From positions 434,001-498,000 of the forward strand of contig MU008153.1 of assembly GCA_010909165.1 (NCBI GenBank): 64,000 nucleotides of DNA. The letters run 5' to 3'. The DNA is from Anthoceros angustus. Its lineage: Eukaryota > Plantae > Anthocerotophyta. This document shows positions 1 to 10,613 of the stretch, piece after piece (the stretch's first letter is position 1; the number at the start of each line of letters is the position of its first letter). The notes below the pieces were generated by a model. That model saw only the letters and a list, made by a program, of their open reading frames with translations. It was not told where the DNA came from and ran no database searches. The translations under genes and the position numbers were made by a program.

Positions 1-2
1 TT

Positions 3-536
3 GAAAGCATTGTTAGGCTGGACCCCCAGCAGGCGCCCGCGTATGTGCTTATGGCCAATGCGTACGCAGATGCAGGCAGGTGGACCGATGTAGACAGGAT
101 TGAAACAAAGAGAAGGGTAGCAGGAGCCAACAAGAAACCTGCAGTGGCGACCATTGAGGTGAAAAAGGAGGTACATAGATTTGTGGTGGGAGAAAGGGGA
201 GAGGACATTGCGCTTAAGGTAGAGAGCACAAATGCACGTCTGAAGCAGGAAGGAGGCCACGTGCCTCACACAAAGTTGGTGTTGAAGCCAATGTCTGAGA
301 AGGAAAAGGAAGATATGCTTTGCGGGCATGCTGAGAAGCTAGCTCTGGCGTTTGGTCTCTTGAATACTCCGAGTGGAACACCTCTAGTGGTCACTAAGAA
401 TCTGCGCATGTGCAGCGACTGCCACAGTTCCACGGAGATCATGTCAAGGCTTGAACAGAGAGACATTGTTGTAAGGGATGGGTACCGTGTGCATCGATTC
501 GCAGCTGGTTGTTGCAGTTGTAACGGTCGACCGTGA
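3..536 (+). CDS. PLS-class PPR RNA-editing factor, C-terminal E2 + DYW:KP (GRP-type) deaminase-like domain; 5' part lies outside the window
   Basis: Frame open from nt 3 (ESIVRLDPQQAPAYVLMANAYADAGRW). KKPAVATIEV replaces the PG box; HAEKLA, KNLRMCSDCH; ends CSCNGRP instead of DYW. Confidence 0.95.
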   Translation, partial: ESIVRLDPQQAPAYVLMANAYADAGRWTDVDRIETKRRVAGANKKPAVATIEVKKEVHRFVVGERGEDIALKVESTNARLKQEGGHVPHTKLVLKPMSEKEKEDMLCGHAEKLALAFGLLNTPSGTPLVVTKNLRMCSDCHSSTEIMSRLEQRDIVVRDGYRVHRFAAGCCSCNGRP

Positions 537-544
537 GAATAATG

Positions 545-830
545 AAGGACTATGAATCCCACAACAGGGAAGTTTTTAAAACAATATGCTGGCATCTTAA
601 CACCAAGTACTTCCTCTTTTCCCAGTTCTCGGTCACTGACGGGAAGTACACTGTCAGTGGGCCAGAGGACGTATCTACACTTCTGGGATTTGCAACCCAA
701 AGCCATTATTCACAGACTGAAAGGCCACTTTGATGCTGCCATCTGCGTGTCTTGTCACCCTACTGAGAGCAAAATTGCTTCATCGTCCCTGGCGAATAAC
801 AAGACTATCAAAATATGGGTGCAAGTGTCT
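545..830 (+). pseudogene. WDR5-like WD40 C-terminal fragment, frameshifted
   Basis: TGKFLK..Y, FSVTDGKYTVSGPED, WDLQ..LKGH.DA.I.VSCHPTE.KIAS..L.N.KTIKIW spread over two frames; no N-terminus. Confidence 0.75.
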
Positions 831-1064
831 GCACAAGCTCCCACCCCAGTATGGATGCAAGCGTCTGCATAAGCACCCTCCCCAGCATGCCTATTTGACA
901 CCCAAGCAACAAAAGTTCAATTTGCAACAAACCATCAAAAGCTTGTACTATGACGTGCAAATACGTCCACCAACACGGCTTCGTCCTCGAAGCCTCAGAT
1001 TGTCAGCCCGTGATCGAGGGCATAAGACCGCAAAAGCTCCTGGCAATGTGTGAGATTGGCATGT

Positions 1065-1241
1065 GGCTCCGTAAGTCCCATCCAACAAGGGAAACCCTTC
1101 CGGAGAACAAAAATGCAAACGTCGCCACACCAGGCGATGACGTAAGATCATCTCTACCTCGTACTTGGGCTCATTGTAGGACAGATCTGGTGGTGGCCGG
1201 GCAGGCGGATTATTTAAGACTGAGACGTGAAACATGGGTAC
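1065..1241 (-). mobile_element. Ty3/Gypsy chromovirus integrase C-terminus/chromodomain remnant
   Basis: FHVSVL..PPPDL..EPKYEVEMILRHR..R.LHF..GFPL.DGT resembles the VFHVSLL + chromodomain (EYEVE.IL.HR) end of chromovirus pol. Confidence 0.65.
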
Positions 1242-1742
1242 CGATGCCAAGGATGACCACACTAAGCCCGGCTCTCGTCCGCGAGTGCACATATTGCCTG
1301 GTAACTCTGAGAGACTCTCTTCACACAACCAACCGCAGCTTGAAACACATGGCTGCCGTCTGAGCATGTCATTCTTGAACTCAAGCCCCTTCAACCAGCT
1401 CTGTGGGGACACATCAAAAGCATCTAGCATCTTTCGGGAGTTTTGATACCTGCTCATGGCAACGCGCACTGAGAAAGGAAAATCCAATCACAGACCAACA
1501 CGTTGTATTAGTACGAGGGATGTTTAGCGTGCTCTTTGCGCTATAACTTGCATCGAACTTGCATAACAGGAAGTTAAACCTTCAACCTGAATAGCCTGCT
1601 GTCGACATACCTTCAAGTTGCAAGGTCGAATCAGCCCCATTCGACATGGTTCGGAGACTTTGGGACCTTCTCTGGACGTGATCATACTAGTGGTAGTAAC
1701 ACGTGCACCAAGAGGATGGACGCCAGTCATGTTTCAACCATG

Positions 1743-3411
1743 CTACAAGCTCCAGGACGATCTTACCATAAAAGCAGGTGTTCGAGACTGCCTGTCCGCA
1801 ATATACAAGATTCCAGGTTGCACAACAAACCCTGGCGCACAACTCCACCTTAGAAAGGCCTCCATCTGCACCTGAGAGTGTCCAGGATCACTGCCCTCAT
1901 CACATTTCAAGGAGCTCCAGAAGTCAGGCTTGGACAGGCCCACGGTTAGACCTCCCCCAACTTTGGATCCTGGAGGACTTGCAACACTTAGCAGCCATTG
2001 TAACTGCTTCTTCTCCTGAAGCCAGTCGCTGCAATCCACCTGAGCCCATCCACCCACATTAACTGGCCCAACATCTGCTTCTGCGGCAACTGCAAATGAC
2101 CGCATTGAAGACCCTTGATTGTCAACAAGCCCACTATCTAACGAAGAAGTGCTCCAGTTCACAACCTGGCTCTGGCCAGCAGACCCATTAGACATAGGTA
2201 GGGCCATCGTTGCGGCTGGGGACTTTGTTCTACTCAGAACCAAAGGCCCCATCTCACTCCAGTGCAAACCGTGGGTCGAAGGAAAGGGCGGGCTGGGCCA
2301 GAACCGATGAAGTGCAGATACTGAAAATGCCATGAAATCACAGGGCACAGCAGTGACCTGAGCAAGAGTGCTCAAGCACAGGGGAGTTCCTGAGTCCGAG
2401 GACTCCAAACTGGAAAACATATTTTCCCATCCTCCAAGGTACTGTGACACCGACCAAACAGACCTGATCGCCTTGTAAATGGCTCCAATACCTGACCCCT
2501 TGCAGTGACCATGAAGTGCAGGCCTGTGGCTGAACGTGGTAAGTCCAACGTCCTGAAGAGCATACAACCCACCAGGATCAACCCATGAAAGAGCAGGAGA
2601 AATTCACATTCCCAACAACCCGACACCAACAAACCCACCTCCACAGGCTCTGCTGACTGCATCATATCACGGCTGTCTCCTCCAAGAGGAGCAACAGACA
2701 CAACAACTCGGTCACTCACTTCAGCAGTGTACGCCACTTTCCGCAACGACAGAGGGCCACCCAGCGTAGCACCAGCACCGCCTGCTACCTGCCCAGCCCC
2801 GCATTCCGTGATCAGCCTGTCCTTCTCCCTCACAGGAGTCTCCAATCTCAACTTCACCTCCAACCCAGTCAGCATCCCTGCCTGTTCCAGCGCACATCGA
2901 GCACGCCGGCTGTAACTGTCCCGCACAACCACCACAGCGGCTCCAGCATTCACCTCACCCGTCACCTTCGTCTTCCCCAGCCCAGTCGAGCTGCCAGAGC
3001 TCTTGCCTCCCCGCCGGAGCCCCGTGTGCAGCTCAAGCTTGTCCAGCCGCTCCCTGATCCGCAGGGAATCGGAGAAGAGCTCCCGCTGAAGCCGCCGCAA
3101 GGCCGCAATCTGCAACCAACCCATGTCAGCATTCAAACCCACAAACCTGGCCAGCTCCAACCCACAACGAGCAGCACAAATTGACACCAATCGCCCACCT
3201 CAGATCTCCTGGCAAAGGCTTCATCACCCGATTCCACACCCACCGTCTGCATCACCTGGGCCGCTGCCGGATCCACGAGCTTGGTGCCCTCGTGAATAGC
3301 ATTCCCCGTGACTGCTGCTGGGCTTCTCTTCCCACCCGCACCGGGTTTCATGGACCTCACGATACCACCAAACCAGCGAATCAACTCCTCACTCTTCTGC
3401 TGATCCGCCAT
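1743..3411 (-). CDS. Uncharacterised ~497-aa protein, probable beta-barrel resembling cyanobacterial OprB-type porins; exons 3411-3199, 3109-2639, 2552-1743
   Basis: Two phase-0 GT-AG introns join three open exons. LRRLQRELFSDSLRIRERLDKLE...KTKVTGEV near the N-terminus; C-terminus QMEAFLRW..GFVVQPGILYI..PAFMVRSSWSL. Confidence 0.8.
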
Positions 3412-3460
3412 CCCAGAATCGCTAGCAGCACCTCCGCACAATCACCGTGCTACAACCACA

Positions 3461-3536
3461 AGAAGATCGGGTCTGTCTGCCGAGATCCACACTGGACGAG
3501 AAGATCGGGTCTGTCTGCCGGGATCCACACTGGACT
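3461..3536 (+). repeat. Two-copy ~38-bp direct repeat upstream of the porin-like gene
   Basis: agaagatcgggtctgtctgccg(a/g)gatccacactggac occurs twice in tandem. Confidence 0.85.
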
Positions 3537-4065
3537 GTGCCATCCCAGCCACTTCATGAGGCTGCTATTCCTGTTCTCATGGCATCACTGGCTGGCACTC
3601 TGTTTGCCTGCCTTTAGCGTCCCCAGTACCTACTGTGAAAGTAGGTAGTTACCGGAGGCCGCGTTTTTCAAGTGTTTCAGCCTGAAATTCTATGGGATCG
3701 GTGCGTTTGCGCTTGGTGTATTTTTAGTGAATTAGAGAGTTTATAGATATTTTAAAGTATACATCCAAGGCCCCATTGAGATTTTAATCTGGAGTAATCG
3801 TGAAGGTAACAACTGGCGGCCCATAGAGTACTGATAACTGTCGGCCCCATAGAAGCACTTGTCGGCCCCATAGAAGCACTAATAACTGGATGCCCCACTC
3901 GAGATCAAGATTTTTGTTCATCACCAAACTGTCACTTCGTCAACAAGAGGCAAGGCCTTTGTAAAGTGCATTGGACACCTTTCGAATGTCTTTGGAACCC
4001 CCTATGTCTCTCTTACATGTGTCCCTCCCATTTGCAGGTACATAGCCTCTTTCTTAACATATTAC

Positions 4066-4115
4066 ATAAAATAAAATAAAATAAAATAAAATAAAATAAA
4101 ATAAAATAAAATAAA
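4066..4115 (+). repeat. (TAAAA)n microsatellite, ~10 units
   Basis: Directly visible. Confidence 0.95.
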
Positions 4116-4129
4116 TGTACCTACTTCGA

Positions 4130-4300
4130 CTGAACAGGAGCATACATCCCGAAAATGTTGTGGAAGAGCTAGGCCACTCTCCCGCGGCACCACAAACTGA
4201 TGTCCTTGATGGCATCATGCGTAGTGATTCCTTGATGGCATCATGCGTAGTGATTCCTTGTCCACTGTTTGGACAGCAAGCTAGGTGAATATCCGGCTCA
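4130..4300 (-). mobile_element. CRE-like (RLE) non-LTR retrotransposon fragment
   Basis: Minus strand reads CCPNSGQGITTHDAIK (knuckle/RHD-type motif); homologous to 20650-20745; contains a small internal tandem duplication. Confidence 0.55.
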
Positions 4301-4369
4301 CCGAGGGCTCCTGGACCACATAAGGCGCTTGTTCTATATGGATAAATGGAGCATGAGGGCCTTACTTTG

Positions 4370-4770
4370 GCTCACCATGTTACTTTTGCTTGCCTTCCGA
4401 AGGCTTGTGCAAGCACTAGTGCATTAGGAAGGGCAGGGAGTTGCACTCATGGTCGATTGGATTGTGAAAGGGGAACTGCTGGCTAACATACTGGTGGGCA
4501 CCGGCCTCGTTGACATGTATGCAAAATGTGGTGGCCTGAAAGATGCACGCCATATTTTTGATAGCTTGCCAACAAAGAATGTTGTAACATGGACACCGCT
4601 GATTGCAGCTGAATATGCACAGCAAGGACTCGGCCAAGAGGTGCTCAGTGTGGATGGACAAATGGGGCAAGAATGATTGCTTATGGTTAATGATGTTGTA
4701 ACTTTCGCTTGCCTTCTAAAGGCCTGTACAAGCGCTGTGCCTTGCATAGAAGGGCAGGCAAGCAACACGT
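4370..4770 (+). pseudogene. Degenerate PLS-class PPR fragment
   Basis: LVGTGLVDMYAKCGGLKDARHIFDSLPTKNVVTWTPLI..YAQQGLGQE and VTFACLLKACTS; interrupted by stops/frameshifts. Confidence 0.85.
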
Positions 4771-5171
4771 TTGTTAGAAGGCACATGTACATTTCAGACC
4801 ACATCGCCTAGGGGTGGTAGGTGAGATGAAGCTAGCCGCCTGCCATACTTCCATATACTACATCGATCTAAATGCATGCACTATCCCTATTTTTTGCAAG
4901 GCTCATGTCCTCCAAAAGTGACCAACATTTTTGGGATGTATGCTCCTGCTTAGTCAGAGTAGGTACTTTTTTTATTTCCTTTTATGTAATATCTTAAGAA
5001 AAAGGCTATATACCTGGAAGGACACATGTAGAAGAGAGAGAGGGGGGAAAGATATCCAAAAGGTATCCACCGCAGTAATTAACATTGAACAAGAGGCACC
5101 GCCTTAAGGCACCGCCTCTTGTTGACGTAAGTGAACAGATGAATGAAAAAATCATGGTCTTGAAACCAAAT

Positions 5172-5551
5172 AAAAAGAAAAGAAAAGAAAAGAAAAGAAA
5201 AGAAAAGAAAAGAAAAGAAAAGAAAAGAAAAGAAAAGAAAAGAAAAGAAAAGAAAAGAAAAGAAAAGAAAAGAAAAGAAAAGAAAAGAAAAGAAAAGAAA
5301 AGAAAAGAAAAGAAAAGAAAAGAAAAGAAAAGAAAAGAAAAGAAAAGAAAAGAAAAGAAAAGAAAAGAAAAGAAAAGAAAAGAAAAGAAAAGAAAAGAAA
5401 AGAAAAGAAAAGAAAAGAAAAGAAAAGAAAAGAAAAGAAAAGAAAAGAAAAGAAAAGAAAAGAAAAGAAAAGAAAAGAAAAGAAAAGAAAAGAAAAGAAA
5501 AGAAAAGAAAAGAAAAGAAAAGAAAAGAAAAGAAAAGAAAAGAAAAGAAAA
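5172..5551 (+). repeat. (GAAAA)n microsatellite, ~75 perfect units
   Basis: Directly visible. Confidence 0.98.
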
Positions 5552-5900
5552 GCGTTCCCCATTTCTTTCAAGCTTACAAGTGACTTTGTGAATCTTGTTG
5601 GTTGGCAGCAAAACCTTAAGCAGCCATTTGAAGCACTACATGTAATGGTCCTCGAGCGCCTTAAGGAAGGTTGGCGTACAAGGGTTGAGGTCCCGGCTAG
5701 CCAATAATGCCTTGACCAGTGGCAAAAGGAAAAACAAATTCCCAACCATTTTCCACATCATACATTCATAGAAGGATATAATTTAAAGCATAGGATATTT
5801 TCGAATACAAATGAGCTGACGACGCTTCACACATAAAATATCATTTTGAATACAACATTGGCCGCACTATATCTAATAGCTATGTATGTCCATTTTCAAC

Positions 5901-7315
5901 CTATTTTTGAAACTGCACTGATGAAGTGTACGTTGCCCCAAGTTGCCAGCCGGCAGGTAGAACGTTGGAGGCAACAATTGTCTCATGTTCTAAATTGGTC
6001 GTCAATTGAATGCTAATTGGCCCTTTAATGGGAGAGCTTGATTGGACATGCCAATTTGCACCCCAACCGTGAGAAGCTTGAACCCAATTATTTGCTCCAC
6101 TCTATACATAGGATAAGATATATATATCACGTTATAATTCAAGATAAGATAGTTATCAATAACAAATCCATGAAAACAAGGACTCAAGATCTATGTTGTC
6201 CACTAGTTGCTTACCTGTCGAATGCTTACTGCTGAGATATCTCCTGGACCTCCCACAAATTTGATGATGAAAGCCAAGAAAAATTGGTTGGATCCACTGT
6301 CGATTTGGAACGCTATGTTTGATTTGTATGTGCAAGGGACCCTGTTCATGCATGAGCTTGTAAGTAATAAGTGAACCGCAACATAAGCAAGTCACTACAT
6401 AGTCATTCAAGTTTCACACAACGTGTGTGATCTAAGTTGAAAAAGACCATGGCACACATACCGTTTGTATTGGACGTCAAGAGTTCCAAGCTTGTGAAGA
6501 TTTTCAGCATTGCCTGCAGTAGCAAGTGCTGCATACGCAACGCCGCTTAGGTCAAAGTGTGTTCCTTGACAACCCGGACATTGATCTGTAAGCACCACCT
6601 TGGTTCCCCCATGTGAACAAATCCCTAAATTGCATCGCACCTATATGTAAATCAATGGTTTAAGTGGTTAGTTTACATAGACAACAATAGTACGATATTG
6701 AACATTTATAATTCATACATGAATTGTTTTGCATAGACAAGCATGTTATGTACCACAAAGCAAGATCCGCAACCAAAACCGTCGTTGAACAAACTGTTGC
6801 TTCCAGCCGTTATTGAACTACCAAACGGAGTGCCGGAAAGCTTTCCGTAACCGCAAGCACCACCTGCATTCAATTCGTGCAACATACTTTAAATTGCATA
6901 CATATTGTACATAGTCTAGTTAACACTTGCATGCCATAGTATTGCATGCATCTACTTTAAACATGAAATTTACAATATTATAGGTATAATTCCACAACAA
7001 TTCAAATCATAAATATTGTAATGTGCATACCATCACTGCCGTCTCCATCCGGCCAACCTCCATATGTAGTTGCCTGGGCTCCCCCCAGCCAATTACAATC
7101 ATATTGCAGGCCTTCTCGCATATATTCACGACAATGGCATGATCATCATCAGCCTCATGAATACAAAAATAACCAAAAATCAAGCTCCACATAAATCACA
7201 TCATTCGTTTTTGATTCAAATGTGACGTACCATCTTGCGACTGGACAAAGGCAATATTAGACAAAAGTAAAATAACCATAGCCAAAGACCCACCCATGGC
7301 CAAACCCATAGCCAT
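5901..7315 (-). CDS. Beta-expansin (EXPB), 6 exons
   Basis: Signal peptide (VILLLSNIAFVQSQD); WGGAQATTYGG.PDGDGSDGGACGYG; GFGCGSCF; VVLTDQCPGC..THFDLSG.A; VPC.Y..NIAFQIDSGSN; WGANW..GPISIQLT..VLPAGW..GATYTS; TAG at 5903-5901; GT-AG introns. Start codon choice uncertain. Confidence 0.92.
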
Positions 7316-7789
7316 ACTAAAACAACAATATTTAACCAAGAAAAAGAGAAGAGGAATTAAAATACAATCTAAGGAAGAATTAAGTGAAAGAAAGAGCTTC
7401 AAGAAAACTTCATACTTCACTTGTCAATATGTGGCATACATATATAGGCAAAACTCATATAATTTTCTCGATGGGTTATAAGGGATAAAAATGGAGTATA
7501 TATATACCAATTAACAACATGAAGACTCCCTTTCATCGTTTTTATAGAAATAATCATTTTTTGATAGAATATATATTTCAAAACTTATAATAATATGATT
7601 TGTGTAAAATGTCTTCTTTAGGTGAAGGAGAATGTGAGGACTTTATAAAACAGCAAAGATCAGAAGTCCCAATCTTCACGAAGGTGTTGGAAAACATCCT
7701 CCTATCGGGCCCTGAGCCTTGGGGACTAGCCCCCGTGATAGTCTACCTGGAAGTTACCATTTGCTCTTTAAACATCATGGTCGAGTAAA

Positions 7790-8147
7790 CAAAAGAACCT
7801 ACTTACCATTGGGGTTGATGATGCAGCGTCTCTCGCATTCGTTGTTGTCATGAAGATTGTGTTGCCCAATGCCTTTCGCAAAGCGATGGAAACCCGTTGC
7901 TGGACTTCAGAAAGCAAACCACACATGACACGGGGAGATGGCTACCCCATTCTTGCGCAAGTGATAGCCCTAGCACAAGCCTTGACAAACTTCAAGAAAC
8001 CCTTACCCATGCTCCATAAGTCTCTATAGCAAGGGGGATGAAGATGTGGTCCTCTTGCAAAGGGTTTTACTTGAAGACCTTGGCTGACGCCCTCTCCTTT
8101 TCCGCCCATATAGGCGGGTTAATGATGACATGCTCGTTGACGGTATC
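7790..8147 (-). mobile_element. CRE-like non-LTR retrotransposon, RLE C-terminal part (left flank of the large insertion)
   Basis: Minus strand DTVNEHVIINPP..., HIFIPLAIETYGAW, QRVSIALRKALGNTI; continues the frame of 20559-20770. Confidence 0.75.
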
Positions 8148-10613
8148 TGTGGCGCAACTTTCGCTGACGGCCAGCCGGGCGCGCACGAATCCCGTGTCAT
8201 TGCAGTAAGGGGTCCGTTCCCAAGGGAATGACTTGTTCCGTTTATGCACGCTTGTTGTTCAACTCACTCCCCACCGTTGGAGAGGCGACCCACCTGAAAC
8301 CACGTACCGCAACATGGCGTTGTCCGCTCTCTAGTTGCTCTACTCGTTCACCGTACAGGCCTGGAGTGGCCAAACGTTTAAGGACTCGTTTACGTCCGTA
8401 ACTATTGATCCGTCTTACTGTGTCCCTCTCTACCTCGTCTTACCTATCGTTCTTACCCATACTCAATATACCAGTTGAGGGTCACGGTTGGGCCTGTGTG
8501 GGCTATGGACCTCCGTGTTCGTTCACCAGGCCCCTCCGTCCGGGCTCTGCACGCCCTTCCGGAGTGCGGTTAATCACGCCCGCTTCGATCCGTCGGCCGT
8601 CAGACTTGTGCCCAAGAGGAGCAGGGGTCCGGGGTTCTTCGCACCTATACACACACACTACCACGCGTTAGGGTCCGTCACCAAGACCTGGATCAGTCTC
8701 TCTAGGGAAGTCTTGCCCGCTTAGTGACTCAGGACTCATGTTAGCCTCAGATTGCCTTTATTACACCCCTATTCTGAGCTGATGTCCAGCTCACTATGCC
8801 CTAACACATGACCCTCTCTCTTCCCTATTTTTCCTACCTACGTCTATGACGGTGGGGCTGTGGTTGACCAAGATTCCTTCCTGGCGCTAGCGGCCCAATC
8901 CCCAGCTCTGGCATCTGCGGCGAACCCAATCGGATGATCTGCGACCCCCGGAACCCCGCGGAGGCTCTTCCTCTACCTCAGACTGTGTCAGGTTGCGGTT
9001 TCAGGGGGTTGCACGCATCCCTGCTCGAGAAGCAGCTCGACCAGGCTTTCCAGTCCGTCCTCCAGGACCCCTCCATCCCCAAGTCCACAAGAGGGCGGCT
9101 CCGCTCTTGTTCTGGGAAGGGCGCAGGTGCTTGGCTACTGGCCCGCCCATGCATACGGGGTTTTCACATCGCACCAACCACCTTCACAGCGGATTGACAA
9201 CCGCAGTGACCACCAAGTCTTCCTCCTCGCTGTCCATTGGCGCGCTGGTGGGTCCCTGCCCTGCGGGTCCGTCTGGAGCCCGTTCTTCCTGGGTGGGTTG
9301 AGACTGACTCTCATCCACCCCTTCCCCCACTCCCCGATTTAGAGCCACGGGACTCCCTTCCCCCTCCTGAGTCCGGACCTCGGGGTCCGTCCGCACTTCC
9401 GGAGTCCGGACCTCGGGGTCCGTCTGCACTTCTGGAGTCCGGACCTCGGGGTCCGTCCTCATTGATCGGACGTCCGGGGCATTTCCCAAGGGTCCGTCTT
9501 CTCCCACCGGACCTCCTTCTCCTTGTACCGGATTCCTTGCCTCCTAGACTTCTCCTCCCATGGTCTGCTTCGGGACCCTCTCTCCTTCTCCTGACGTTGG
9601 GTGCAACGGACTTACCTCTAGCCTTGTTGTTTCCGCCGCATCCCCCTCATCTAGTTGCTCCCCTTCTCCACTGCTGCTCTCGTCCCTGAATAGAGCTCCC
9701 AGGGTCCCCATGGTTGTGCTACCCCCTAGGCCCTCGTCCCTAAACAGAGCTCCCAGGGTCCCCGTGGCTGTGCTATCCCCTAGGCCCTCGTCCCTCCACG
9801 CTCCTTCTGACTCCTCTGGTGGTCCCTCGATTTGCACCCCGTGGTGCGCTGCCTCCACATCCTGCTGGATGGCAACACATCCACATCCACATCCACATCC
9901 ACATCCACATCCTGCTCCGCACGTGTCGTTGTAGTAAGGAGGTCCGTTCCCAAGAGAATGATAGGCTCCGTTGGCCACGTTTCAATCGTTTCTCACCTCA
10001 CATAGTACTCGTTTTGGACTTCCCACACACATTCATCGTTTTACGACTAACTACCCGTAACATTCACCAGACAGGCCCGGCGTGGCCGAACGTTTAAGGA
10101 CCCGTTCGCGTCCGTGTCATTCAAGTTTGTCACTCGTCCCTCTAGTCCGTTCCTCTCACCATTCACACTTCACTCATTATCCTTGGGGAAAATCGCGGGT
10201 GGCTGCGCGGTCCGGACCTCCTCCGCCGCTCTGCCAGGCCTCTCCGTCCGGGCTCTACACGCCCTCCGGAGTTCCTCTGGCTCACGCGTTCCGGTCCGTC
10301 CGACACTGGGTCGCTGCTCGGGACGAGCAAGGGTCCCGGGTCGCCCTTCCCTGCACACACCACCACACGTTAGGGTCCGTCACCAGGACCTTGATCAGTC
10401 TCTCCGGAGCTGTCGGCCTGCTCAGTGACTCAGGACTCACGCTAGCAAGAAGGCACACAAAGGGCCTGCAAGAAGACGCGGCATCAACACCAAGAGAAAG
10501 ATACTTTACTTAGAGCAGCCTCAGCCCTCTTATACTACGCCGAAGGTCGGCGTCTTTATTACACCCCTATTCTGAGCTGATGGCCAGCTCAGGGCGCCCT
10601 AATCGGCCGCCTA

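Noticed and set aside
5006-5745. Long FFSFL and KKRKE ORFs
   Set aside because: Translations of the (GAAAA)n microsatellite.
10572-10592. Hammerhead ribozyme core (ctgatg)
   Set aside because: No CUGANGA/GAAA core; it is a simple hairpin.
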